Below the pieces are notes generated by a model, which made no database searches, was not told where the DNA came from, and saw nothing but the letters and a program-made list of their open reading frames with translations. The translations under genes were made by a program, and so were the position numbers. Below are positions 10,785 through 20,502 of a stretch of 64,000 nucleotides of DNA, in pieces (within the stretch, counting starts at the first letter, position 1; every line of letters begins with the position of its first letter). Source of the stretch: an uncultured Gammaproteobacteria bacterium (lineage in GTDB: Bacteria; Patescibacteriota; Patescibacteriia; Magasanikbacterales; UBA922); contig CAYSPW010000002.1 of the NCBI GenBank assembly GCA_964433095.1, positions 9,498 to 73,497 of the forward strand, written 5' to 3'.

Positions 10785-12881
10785 TTACTCCAAATGCATG
10801 GTTTTTTCCCACTCCTCCACTTTTTTATTCAAACCCGGATATTTTGTAAAATCTATATCTCTAGCCGTATTCCTGGCCAATTTTATCAGCTCGCTATCCT
10901 TCATGGAAGCCAGCCGAAAATTCATCATGCCGCTTTGCGCCAGGCCGTACACGTCGCCCGGTCCTCTAAGCTGCAGGTCATACTCGGCCAACTTGAAACC
11001 ATTGGTTGTGCCGACAAAATATTTCAGCCTTTGTTCGGCTTTGTCAGAATCAGAATCTGAAAACAGGAAACAATATGACTGATGCGAACTCCTCCCCACC
11101 CTGCCTCTGAATTGATGCAATTGTGCCAGACCGAACCGTTCCGAGCCCTCAATAATCATGACCGAGGCATTGGGAACATCCACCCCCACTTCTATCACCG
11201 AGGTGGAAACAAGCACATCAATTTCGCCTTGAACAAACTTATTCATGCTCTGTTCTTTTTCTTTGGCCTCCATTTTGCCGTGCAGGTATCCGATCCGCAA
11301 ATCAGGAAAAATTTCTTTTTTCAACTTATCGTATTCGTTCATAACCGATTTTTTCTCGTCGCCAAAATGCAGGCTACGCGCGTCAGCTTGACCTTGGTTT
11401 TCCTCAATCAGCGGACAAACCACAAAAACTTGCCTGCCTTGCTTGACTTGCTCTTTGATAAAATCATAGGCTTTGTGTCGCAAATTCGGTTCCACCAATC
11501 TGGTAATGATGGCCTTTCTGCCTTTAGGCAACTGAGATATTATGGATATATCCAAATCTCCGTACAAAGTAAGGGCGAAAGAACGCGGTATGGGAGTGGC
11601 GGTCATGGATAAAAAATGCGGCATGGTTTCTTTGTTCCCCGACTGGTGCTTGATTTTTTTACGCTGCTCAACACCGAAGCGATGCTGCTCATCCACAATG
11701 ACCAATCCCAAATCTTTAAATTTTACTTCATCCACCAACAAAGCGTGCGTGCCCACCAACAGATCCACTTTCCCTTGCTTTATCATTTCCAATTTTTTTC
11801 TTCTATCCGCCGCTTTGGTTTTTTGCTTTTCATTCATATTATTAATCAAAGCATACTCTCTGGTCAGCAAACCCACGGATAAATTTTTTCCCAACAAGGA
11901 ACATAGTGAATCGTAATGTTGCTTGGCCAAAATTTCTGTCGGCGCCATCATGGCCGTTTGCAGACCGTTTAGCGCGGTGCTATAGATAGCCATGGCCGCC
12001 ACTACCGTTTTGCCCGAACCCACATCCCCTTCCAGCATCCGATTCATCGGACAGGTCTGTTGCAAATCCCGCAATATTTCCCATGCCGCCACTTTCTGCG
12101 CGTCAGTCAAAGTAAAAGGCAGGCCGTCCACGAATACTCTGATCGGCCGCTTTTTAAACTTAATGGAGGTGGCCTTGTCCTTTTTAATACTCTGTCGCAT
12201 CATTTCCGCCCTCAACTGCAAGATAAAAAGCTCGTCAAACTTTAACCTGAATTCCGCCTTTTCCAGCCGCCCGGCGTCTTCCGGAAAATGAATTGATCTC
12301 AGTGCTTCATGCAACGATAACAAACCTAATTTTTGCAATATTTCTCCAGGCAGCCAATCTTCAATTTTTTCTACATAATCAATCACCTGCGAAATCAAAA
12401 AACGCAACTGTTTTTGCGTGATGCCGCTAGTGAGCGAATAAATGGGTACGATTCTCGCCGTATGCACGCTTTCGTTTTTGGCTTTTTCATAAGAGGGTGA
12501 AATCATCCGCATACCAAACATGGAATCGGTAACTTTGCCGGATAAATACACGCTGTCGCCGGCACGCAGATTCTTGATTAAAAAAGGCTGCCCGAACCAG
12601 ACCGCTTGAACGCGCTCGCTTTCATCGGCCACAACCGCTTCGGTAATTATTCTTCTGGTGCGCGGACTGCGCTTGTTGTCAATCAGCTCAACTTTTCCTT
12701 TGATAGTTACTTGGTCGCCGTTTTTTAAATCCGCTATTTTAATGGTACGCGAATAATCTTCGTAGCGAAAAGGAAAATAGTATATGAGGTCATTGACATT
12801 CAATATACCCAATCGCTTAAGTCGGGACTGTAAGGCTTTGCCGATTCGATTTAATTTTATTACCGAAGTATTTAAATTCAT
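10785..12881 (-). CDS. recG: ATP-dependent DNA helicase RecG
   Basis: N-terminal wedge/OB region, DEAD/DEAH helicase motifs (GDVGSGKTVVAAMA, DEQHRFG), helicase C domain; length 698 aa. Confidence 0.9.
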   Translation of the reverse strand: MNLNTSVIKLNRIGKALQSRLKRLGILNVNDLIYYFPFRYEDYSRTIKIADLKNGDQVTIKGKVELIDNKRSPRTRRIITEAVVADESERVQAVWFGQPFLIKNLRAGDSVYLSGKVTDSMFGMRMISPSYEKAKNESVHTARIVPIYSLTSGITQKQLRFLISQVIDYVEKIEDWLPGEILQKLGLLSLHEALRSIHFPEDAGRLEKAEFRLKFDELFILQLRAEMMRQSIKKDKATSIKFKKRPIRVFVDGLPFTLTDAQKVAAWEILRDLQQTCPMNRMLEGDVGSGKTVVAAMAIYSTALNGLQTAMMAPTEILAKQHYDSLCSLLGKNLSVGLLTREYALINNMNEKQKTKAADRRKKLEMIKQGKVDLLVGTHALLVDEVKFKDLGLVIVDEQHRFGVEQRKKIKHQSGNKETMPHFLSMTATPIPRSFALTLYGDLDISIISQLPKGRKAIITRLVEPNLRHKAYDFIKEQVKQGRQVFVVCPLIEENQGQADARSLHFGDEKKSVMNEYDKLKKEIFPDLRIGYLHGKMEAKEKEQSMNKFVQGEIDVLVSTSVIEVGVDVPNASVMIIEGSERFGLAQLHQFRGRVGRSSHQSYCFLFSDSDSDKAEQRLKYFVGTTNGFKLAEYDLQLRGPGDVYGLAQSGMMNFRLASMKDSELIKLARNTARDIDFTKYPGLNKKVEEWEKTMHLE

Positions 12882-12921
12882 AGCAGCACTATTGTAGCAA
12901 AAACACTCTTAAAAAGAAAAC

Positions 12922-12943
12922 AAGCCTTTTTAGGCTTTTATTC
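12922..12943. terminator. palindromic hairpin (AAGCCTTTTTAGGCTT) with flanking T/A runs, possible bidirectional terminator at island/host junction
   Basis: 6-bp stem, 5-nt loop followed by TTATT on + strand and T-rich on - strand. Confidence 0.3.
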
Positions 12944-12952
12944 CGAAACCAC

Positions 12953-12965
12953 GCGTGGTGCACCC
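12953..12965 (+). repeat. 13-bp direct repeat GCGTGGTGCACCC (putative attL core), identical to tRNA-Arg 3' end copy at 25791..25803
   Basis: exact 13/13 match (15/16 with one mismatch) seen at both edges of the GC-rich block. Confidence 0.6.
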
Positions 12966-13470
12966 AAGTTCGGTTTTTCAGAACTCAGGCAGTTGTATCT
13001 CGAGGCCAAACGTGCCGTGACCGAGCTCCAGAAGACCTCGGTGTATGAGCAGCTTGTCACTCCAGAGATGGCGGCACAACTTCATTGATGGCGGTCACTC
13101 CTTTCCCTCCCTGAAACCTCTCCATTCGCTAGAATATTATTAGTAATCGTTAATCTTATCACATATGTCAGTCCGTCTTCAGGTTCAGTCGATGTAGCTT
13201 CCACCGTTTGACACCCGCCTTGATCTCTTTGACTGGCCAACCTGTCAGGCTCTCGATCTCTCCAATCTTGAAACCTACTACTGTATACATATACCAAAGA
13301 TTGTGCCTGGTGAAATCAAGAGACACCGAAGTGGAGGTTTCTTCGAATAGTTTCATATGTTTACAGAATGCCAGACTGAGGAGAATTTGTCAATAATAGG
13401 CAAAGTTTACAACCCTTTACCCCCAAATACGACATTGATGTCGGAGTTGCCTGTGGTGGCAAAGCTGACT

Positions 13471-15186
13471 CTAGCTCGCGATGTGGGCTTCATGGTTGAG
13501 CTTCTCGAAGAACTGTCTGGGGGTATCATAGGAATCTAGAAAGCGGGGTCCCTTATTGTATGCTATGTTCCAGCACCAATATGCCGCACATGCCTGAAAC
13601 CAAGTCGGATTCTCATCCTCCAAATCAAACACTTCAAATACAGAACGGATTCTCTGGTCTGCATCAGGGTGAGTTCTCGATTCTATGTCTTCATCAAGTA
13701 GTAGAAGAGCAGAAACTGACGTGATTCCGCCTGTAATGACAGTAGAACGCTTCGATGATACAAGACTGGCTTCCTGCAAGACCTCGGCAGCATATTCATC
13801 AGCAGCAGTTTCGTCCTGTTTACTATCCTTCATCGCAGAAGGTTCAGTTGACGTATGACCAAGGGCGACATGACCAATCTCATGTGCAAGGGCAAAGATG
13901 GTGGCATACAACAGGATTCCGTTTACCTTCTCGATGTACTCATCTTGATCTGGGTCATACAACTCTGGATTTGGTAGGTTCTTGTCCCACTCTGAAAACA
14001 CTTTCTTGAGACTCATTGCATAGTGGAAGAGTTTCTCCGCCCTTTGCAGGTACTCTGGTCTTGGGGTCATGCCTTGAGCAGTTTTATTCATGCCTTCATC
14101 AGCAACCACAATGAGACAGTAGCACATACACCAAAGGTAGGACAGAAAGGTCTCGGAAATGGATATCTTCGTACCACGGACGTGAGGGAGCATGTTCTCC
14201 GCAAGGAGTGGGCTGTTTGAGATATGATAGTCAATTCCATTGTCGAGACCGTGGTTGGTAATGACCTCCAACCATTTCTCCAAGGCTCCATCATGGCAGT
14301 TTTCAAGCTCATGAATGATGTTGTGCTGTAGTACCCTCACGGGCTGTTCGCCTTTATGGACTTCTGCAAGATAGCGGTTGACTTTCATTTGATTCTCTAC
14401 CTCTTCACTGGGCTTCATTCCACCGTTGGTAAGCAGACCGCCTTTCTTCCAAGAAGAAATGTCATATTCTTCGCCTGCTAGGTAGTTCTCTTGCTCTTTG
14501 TCTAGTGTTAGATCTGCCGGTCCAACATAAGCTAACATATTAGTTGGTGGACCATGTAACCTCTTGAACTGAAATCCCTCTCTCACCTGAGACAGGATAT
14601 TGATCCGTTGCTCTGGTCTCGTTTCGTTGCAGTAACGAAGAACACTGTCCCACGTAAATATCTTAAGATCTTCATTTTCTAGTGTGACAAGTCGATCACG
14701 CAGTGCTCTATCATATTCGATGGCTTTGTCACGGCCAATCACTAACACGTATCTGAACTTGACTCCATTACTTCCCAGTGGCTTTCTGATTGGTTCGATG
14801 CGCCGAAGTACCTCGCTGGTATTTCGTTTGATAAACTCACGATAGGTGTTGATTTGCGACAGGGCCTCTGTTAGGTCGGCTGATTGAACCAATATGCCAC
14901 TACTACGCTTGCTTCGAAACAAGAGCTTCGAAGGTGTCTTGATTTCAACAATCACGAAATGCCACTTTGTTGAGCTCTTTGTCAAATATGCAAAGTCAGG
15001 TTTATCCGCGGTATCCAAACTGAACTGAGAGATGAGACAACGAAAGTGCAGATGGTGATTTAGAAGGAATGCTAGCGGCAGAGATTCTGGTTCCTCTTCG
15101 AATAGTCGCTCTCTCTTAGACTTGTATCGGCCAACATGCTTTCTAACTTTTGTCTTGGTGAAGTAGTCATCGAATCGATACTCCAT
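13471..15186 (-). CDS. fusion protein: N-terminal PD-(D/E)xK nuclease (Shedu/DUF4263-like motif PD...IVEIK) plus C-terminal HExxH zinc metallopeptidase (ImmA/IrrE-like HEIGHVALGH)
   Basis: motifs ADKPDFAYL...WHFVIVEIKTP and LAHEIGHVALGHTS read directly from translation. Confidence 0.55.
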   Translation of the reverse strand: MEYRFDDYFTKTKVRKHVGRYKSKRERLFEEEPESLPLAFLLNHHLHFRCLISQFSLDTADKPDFAYLTKSSTKWHFVIVEIKTPSKLLFRSKRSSGILVQSADLTEALSQINTYREFIKRNTSEVLRRIEPIRKPLGSNGVKFRYVLVIGRDKAIEYDRALRDRLVTLENEDLKIFTWDSVLRYCNETRPEQRINILSQVREGFQFKRLHGPPTNMLAYVGPADLTLDKEQENYLAGEEYDISSWKKGGLLTNGGMKPSEEVENQMKVNRYLAEVHKGEQPVRVLQHNIIHELENCHDGALEKWLEVITNHGLDNGIDYHISNSPLLAENMLPHVRGTKISISETFLSYLWCMCYCLIVVADEGMNKTAQGMTPRPEYLQRAEKLFHYAMSLKKVFSEWDKNLPNPELYDPDQDEYIEKVNGILLYATIFALAHEIGHVALGHTSTEPSAMKDSKQDETAADEYAAEVLQEASLVSSKRSTVITGGITSVSALLLLDEDIESRTHPDADQRIRSVFEVFDLEDENPTWFQACAAYWCWNIAYNKGPRFLDSYDTPRQFFEKLNHEAHIAS

Positions 15187-15207
15187 TCGCTGATGCCTCT
15201 AACATTT

Positions 15208-18200
15208 TCACAACCAATCACAGTACACCTTGAAATACTCCCCATCCGATTCCCAGGTGCAGGGATCATCCCCACCTTCATCGAACTCTCCGTCACAGTC
15301 ATTGTCCCAGCCACCCAACTCATAGTCGTGCATGGCAGGATTGTTCTGCTCTGACCCATCCGCCCACATCCAGAAGGTCGAGTTTGCCGGGCATGTGTTG
15401 GTTGTGTAGATGAAGAACACACCTCCGGCTTCCTCGCAGATCACTCGGGGATCGTTGTCGATGTTGTCGAAGGGGTTGTCGTCACAATCTCCTCCCAGTG
15501 TCTCGGTGCAGTGGGGATTCTCCGAAGGCTCACATGGCGCGACCTCACAGTAGCAGTCCCAATCGTTATCAATCTGGTCAGCTGTGAAATCTGAGTGACC
15601 GGCATTCTCTCCCGATTCATTGCTATCTATTGCACCATGTAGATCCTGTTGACACACCCCATTCCAACCCGCTTCGTGCTCAGGACAGAAAAGACAGGAG
15701 CTTTGGTTTGAAGTTCGTGCTCCACTGGCGTAGTATTCAACTCCATCGAAAGAAACTGCGAAAGAGGAAGTCTCTTTGCATTTGTCTGGGCCCAAGTCCG
15801 TCCAGTAGAAATCTCCTGTACGAGAGTCGCTAGCCGAGCCGATGTCCAGATAGTGGTCGGCGATGGTCACATCATCGTTACACCGGCGGAAAGCAAACCG
15901 AAAGGGGACGTAGGAGCGACAGTTGATGCAACCCTGGTAAGGAGCATCACCAGACCATATCTCTGGTAGGTCGTACTCCAGCCAGCCATCGCTATCTGTA
16001 TCAGATATCGCTATCTCAACGTGATTGAAGGTGTCATCAGCCCATCTACTCCAGCCAATCACACAGGGGGTGACGTTTTCAAACGGTGTTCCATCTTGGA
16101 GATCAAACTCTGTTGGCAGGATGAGGATTCTACCATTGTCATTCGGATCAAACCGAATCGCGCAGGCATTGTCCTCACACGGTCCGAGAGGTTCACAGAC
16201 CCCTGCAACACATTGCTCATTGAAGCCACAGGCAGGACAGGTCACCTCATCACCACATCCATTGTCCCAGGTACCACAGTCATGGCCGAGATCAGCGCAT
16301 GACTGAAGAGTACAACACTCGCCTTCGTAGCAGATATCTACCCCAGTACAATCACCACACTCCAGCGACATTCCGCAACCGTTGTCCGGTGTCCCGCATT
16401 CGCTCACCAGACACTCCCTGGGTACACAAACACAGAATCCATTCTGACATTCCTCTTGAGCGAGCTCGTCGCAGATTCCACATTCGAGGGTTTCTCCACA
16501 GCCGTCGGGCCACGGTCCACAGGAATTCGAACCTATCGCTTCGCAAGTCGTCGGTGTGCAACCTGCACAAGTATTACCTGAACAGCCATAGGTGCAGGTG
16601 ATCGCGTTTCCCCAGTCCAGACAGTCGTCTGGATCAAAATCGCCACATGTTTCCTCAATACCATCCACACAGCGGGTCTCGTCAATCATATCGCATTCGT
16701 CGGAGCAGGTGGTCACACATGTTCCTGTCAGGTCACAGGTCTCACCAATGCCGCATCCTCCGCACTCGAGAGTGTCACCACAGCCATTCGGCCAGTCTCC
16801 GCACTCCACCTGGAGACTGATGCAGGTGTCCGGAGCGCAGCATGAGTTTTCGTAGCAGACGCCATCCGGGCAAGAAGTTGGACTGCTCCATTCTAAACAT
16901 TCATCCTGGTCGTGGTTGCCACAGGTTTGGATCAGCTCTCCCGTACACTGAGTCCTTCCTTGGGGAAGGCAGTCATCGGTGCAAGTGTCTTGGCATTCGC
17001 CTCCACGACAAATTCGGTTCAGGCCACACTCAAGTCCATCAGTCTCAACAGGACAGTTCTGTTCTTCTGTTACACCTTGGCTGTAATCGCAAGATCCGTC
17101 TACACAGGACACTGTTGGTACATACCTAGATTGTGTGCCGTTCTCATCGCAGACATTCTCGATTGAAAGACACTCAGACCACTCACCGGGGATTGGCTCG
17201 GGACAGTCTGAAGCCTCGGTACACTCCGGCATATCACCACAATGAGAGCTGTCTTCGAAGTCTGCTATCGTGAGACTTGATTGTTGTTGTCCAAGCCACC
17301 TTCGGTCAACGCTGGATGGAATAGAAACGAAGTCTGTGACGATGTAACCAGCCCGAGCAAGTTCTGCCTGGCTCATGTTGAGCTGTCTGATCTCGTGGTT
17401 GAACAAAGTCACATAGTAGTTGCCTTGGTGTTTAAGGAGAAAGCCGGGGTGATAGGCAGCCTCTTCGACCAGCGATCTCTTCAGATCCCAGACTTCACCT
17501 CCTCCAAGCTCGGCATCTCTTCCCCAGCTAAGTGCCAGTTGTTCAAAGGTGCTTTCGTTGACCTTACCGACTTCGCGATCGTAGCTGAGTCCATCATAGT
17601 AAGCGTAGAGCGTTCCATTTCGCACAAACGCCTGAAAACTGACTGTTTCTGTAGCCAGATTGTATTCCTCACAGAGAGGATAACAACGAAGCTCCTCCTC
17701 TGAGACAAAGATATTGAGACCCAAATCGAACGCGTCTGGATCCTCAAGATTGTCTGGATTGGCAATGTAACGAAGGCAACCGTCTTCAAGAAGGTAGAGA
17801 CAGTTGACTTCACTATCTCCACCTTCGTGAACACAAAGGCCACTCTGGGTTTGAATGAGACTGCCATCAGGGTGCCAGAAGATACCTCTTTCTTCACAAC
17901 GACCGTTAACACAAGTCGACTCAGCACAGTCTACCAACAACGACCCTCTCTCCTCACATGAATTGTACCAGTATACATCACCCTCATAACATCGGAAGTC
18001 TGCTCTAGGAGTACATGGAGTAGGACATTCTGGATCCTCAGTATCTACCAAACCATCGCAGTCGTCATCCAGACCATTATCACAGAACATCTCCTCATCA
18101 AGACAATCGCCTCCAGTCTCCTCTCCGACACGGAACTGAGTGACGTAGTCTGGGATGTCATACTGTCGATTATCCTCAGTATGTACGAACATATCTATTT

Positions 18201-19659
18201 CATAAGGAGCTTCCGGTAGCCCATCCAATTCTATGATATGAAAAGCAAAGTCCCACATGTCGTAGCCTTCTGTGATTTGTGAAGGAAAAATCCACTCGGT
18301 ATCCCCAGATATCTCAACATCACCTATTGCAAGATTGTACACGATATAGTGAATGCGGTGGTTTCTCTGAGGTGCATCCACTCTAGCCGATATGAACACA
18401 GTATCTCCAACGCCAAAACCGTTACCTTCACCATACTCACTACCATTACAACGATAGAACCAGTCGGCATTGGGTGTCGGCCTTTCGGTGCAAATTGTCG
18501 GGTTTGGATAGTAAATTGATGGGCTATTTACTACATAACCCGGATCGTATGGGCCTCTCTGAACACGATATGAAAAAACCACTTCTGGATCATCTGAATA
18601 TTCGGTGAATCCACCACCTGTGTCGACAAATACCCTGAAGATCCATCTCGTCCACTTTCTCTCGGGAGTCCCGATCCTCTTGAGATCATCATGAACCCGT
18701 ACATTCTCAAAGGTGACATGAAGGATTGATTCACCTGATGGTTCGCGCCATTCCGTGTTCCAGCTCCAATCCAGGCAGTATTCTTCGTGACTATTTTCTG
18801 CAGCACAATCCTCTGTTCCCTCACGATAAGCCTCTACTCGATAACGATGTGCGACATCAATGTCGAAAACAGCAAGGCTATGTACCGTGTCGCCTGAGAA
18901 TATTTCATACGAGGGGTTTTCCTGTGCAACTAAAACATTTTCGTTGTCTAAATGAGATATCCCCCCAGCACTTCTACCCATTTCTAGACCGCACGTGTCA
19001 TCATTTAGAAGGTAAGTGCAAGAGATTGGGTTGAGGTTAGAAGGGACAAATCGAACATTGTTTCTTTCCGTAAAACCGTCATGCCAACCTCGGTGCAGTT
19101 CGGTCATCTTCGTATTTCCTATTTTTACATCCTTCAGCATCTGGTTCGTTTCTAATCCACTGTCAAGGTGTGCTAACTGTTGGTGAAGATGCGATCCATC
19201 TGAGTAACCACTGTTTCCAAGTATACCGACCATCTCGCCCTTTGATACATAGCCCTTTTCCAAAACTCCCTGTGGAATCGACCCCTCCTTCAGATGTGCT
19301 AGTTTGACCGAATAGCCCGCGCCAAAGTCAATCTCAATATAGCAGCCAAAAGACAGTACATCTGTCCCGAATGTGTTGGGGCAAAGCGCATTACGTGATT
19401 TCAACACCTTACCTGATACCGGAGAGACAATCTGTACTTCAGTTTGATTACCCCCCTGACGAATTTGATCATCCCAATCAAGAGAATAGAATCCGTTTCC
19501 TATATGAGTGTCAGATTCGCCACAGCCAACGGTAAGGTACCATTGTAAGCCTGATGGCATCGCCGAATCGTAGCTTGCGCCTAGATATTGAGCACTTGCA
19601 GCTTTGGCAAGAAGGAACAAAGTCACTACACAGCATGTTAATTCCGCTACCTGTCTCAT
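15208..19659 (-). CDS. giant (1483 aa) secreted cysteine-rich protein with N-terminal M23 peptidase domain and tandem Cys-rich modules
   Basis: signal peptide (LLAKAASAQ); M23 motifs (GNGFYSLDWD...GSHLHQQ); more than 100 Cys; repeated C-G-x-W-x-x-G-C-G-x-x-L-x-C-G-x-C units; acidic CxDxxDxD calcium-binding-like segments. Confidence 0.7.
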   Translation of the reverse strand: MRQVAELTCCVVTLFLLAKAASAQYLGASYDSAMPSGLQWYLTVGCGESDTHIGNGFYSLDWDDQIRQGGNQTEVQIVSPVSGKVLKSRNALCPNTFGTDVLSFGCYIEIDFGAGYSVKLAHLKEGSIPQGVLEKGYVSKGEMVGILGNSGYSDGSHLHQQLAHLDSGLETNQMLKDVKIGNTKMTELHRGWHDGFTERNNVRFVPSNLNPISCTYLLNDDTCGLEMGRSAGGISHLDNENVLVAQENPSYEIFSGDTVHSLAVFDIDVAHRYRVEAYREGTEDCAAENSHEEYCLDWSWNTEWREPSGESILHVTFENVRVHDDLKRIGTPERKWTRWIFRVFVDTGGGFTEYSDDPEVVFSYRVQRGPYDPGYVVNSPSIYYPNPTICTERPTPNADWFYRCNGSEYGEGNGFGVGDTVFISARVDAPQRNHRIHYIVYNLAIGDVEISGDTEWIFPSQITEGYDMWDFAFHIIELDGLPEAPYEIDMFVHTEDNRQYDIPDYVTQFRVGEETGGDCLDEEMFCDNGLDDDCDGLVDTEDPECPTPCTPRADFRCYEGDVYWYNSCEERGSLLVDCAESTCVNGRCEERGIFWHPDGSLIQTQSGLCVHEGGDSEVNCLYLLEDGCLRYIANPDNLEDPDAFDLGLNIFVSEEELRCYPLCEEYNLATETVSFQAFVRNGTLYAYYDGLSYDREVGKVNESTFEQLALSWGRDAELGGGEVWDLKRSLVEEAAYHPGFLLKHQGNYYVTLFNHEIRQLNMSQAELARAGYIVTDFVSIPSSVDRRWLGQQQSSLTIADFEDSSHCGDMPECTEASDCPEPIPGEWSECLSIENVCDENGTQSRYVPTVSCVDGSCDYSQGVTEEQNCPVETDGLECGLNRICRGGECQDTCTDDCLPQGRTQCTGELIQTCGNHDQDECLEWSSPTSCPDGVCYENSCCAPDTCISLQVECGDWPNGCGDTLECGGCGIGETCDLTGTCVTTCSDECDMIDETRCVDGIEETCGDFDPDDCLDWGNAITCTYGCSGNTCAGCTPTTCEAIGSNSCGPWPDGCGETLECGICDELAQEECQNGFCVCVPRECLVSECGTPDNGCGMSLECGDCTGVDICYEGECCTLQSCADLGHDCGTWDNGCGDEVTCPACGFNEQCVAGVCEPLGPCEDNACAIRFDPNDNGRILILPTEFDLQDGTPFENVTPCVIGWSRWADDTFNHVEIAISDTDSDGWLEYDLPEIWSGDAPYQGCINCRSYVPFRFAFRRCNDDVTIADHYLDIGSASDSRTGDFYWTDLGPDKCKETSSFAVSFDGVEYYASGARTSNQSSCLFCPEHEAGWNGVCQQDLHGAIDSNESGENAGHSDFTADQIDNDWDCYCEVAPCEPSENPHCTETLGGDCDDNPFDNIDNDPRVICEEAGGVFFIYTTNTCPANSTFWMWADGSEQNNPAMHDYELGGWDNDCDGEFDEGGDDPCTWESDGEYFKVYCDWL
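16225..16830 (-). repeat. four tandem ~40-codon Cys-rich repeat units inside the giant gene (CG[DPT]W[PD][ND]GCG[DE]xLxC)
   Basis: repeated nucleotide strings such as ccattcggccagtctccgcactc / cagccgtcgggccacggtccacagg / catccattgtcccaggtacc on + strand. Confidence 0.5.
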
Positions 19660-19712
19660 CTCGCTTGCTCCTTCTTAACGTCTATGTACATGCCACCACC
19701 TGATATCTTCAC

Positions 19713-20447
19713 TCAGTATTCCACACTAGACACGATCTGCTTGAAAACTTGATAGAGTTCGTTGCTCTCTATCTGTCCCAGCAGTTCTTGATTGCATCCA
19801 TGGATATCCTGGTATGTGTATTTGCCGGTGATATCGTCTGATTTGAGTAGTGTGCCAACATTAGAAAGATAGACTACGAATAATACGTTCGGGTATTCCT
19901 TTGTTTGGTTCTGAACCAGTCCCTTCAAGTACACATTCGAAAGCGAAGGTTTCCTTAAGTAATCCTCACTTTCTCCGTAGTCAAAGAAAACCTGATATAT
20001 GAAGGCGTTATTGGATACTACTTCAGGATCACAGTGGAGATCTTCGTTCTCGGATTCGAGTTGTTCCCCCAATGAACCATTGAGTTCAAATTCTCGTGCT
20101 CCAAAAGATGGCGAATATTCACTCGAGCCAATTGATACATCCCACGTTTCAGCCCGAATGTAGATAGATTTTCCTGTTTCCTGGTGACGGAGAGTGATTC
20201 TGATCACCCTACCTGAATCACCATCATTGGACGATTGAACAAGATTTGTACTTTCTGTGTCTTCGATTTCCCAACTATTAGGATAATGAAAGCGGATATC
20301 AAGTTCTTCATTATAATAAACATTTAGGTTGTCTGGATTCCTTTCATCTTTCAATGCTGGAGACTCGCACGCAACACAAAATAGCATCACTGTAAGGGTG
20401 AATAGGGCAACGAGTATTACGCTGTAAATTTGCGGTTGTTTCATGTT
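19713..20447 (-). CDS. hypothetical secreted/lipoprotein-like protein (start at MKQPQIYSV, signal peptide ending ...LFCVAC)
   Basis: N-terminal hydrophobic signal with Cys after it; no family recognised. Confidence 0.45.
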   Translation of the reverse strand, partial: NMKQPQIYSVILVALFTLTVMLFCVACESPALKDERNPDNLNVYYNEELDIRFHYPNSWEIEDTESTNLVQSSNDGDSGRVIRITLRHQETGKSIYIRAETWDVSIGSSEYSPSFGAREFELNGSLGEQLESENEDLHCDPEVVSNNAFIYQVFFDYGESEDYLRKPSLSNVYLKGLVQNQTKEYPNVLFVVYLSNVGTLLKSDDITGKYTYQDIHGCNQELLGQIESNELYQVFKQIVSSVEY

Positions 20448-20502
20448 GTATCCTTTGATGTCATTTAGACATGACGCGATCGCTGTGTCAGTTCGCTTGT
20501 CT

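Noticed and set aside
12966-13470. Small ORFs at the island left arm (13082..13297, 13168..13356, 13208..13396, 13357..13539)
   Set aside because: They are mutually overlapping short ORFs on both strands without RBS or recognisable motifs. They are more likely non-coding att-flanking sequence.
16021-17703. Plus-strand ORFs (16021..16302, 16592..16855, 16842..17129, 17281..17703) inside the giant minus-strand gene
   Set aside because: They lie entirely within a 1483-aa minus-strand ORF with clear domain content. They are GC-rich shadow ORFs.
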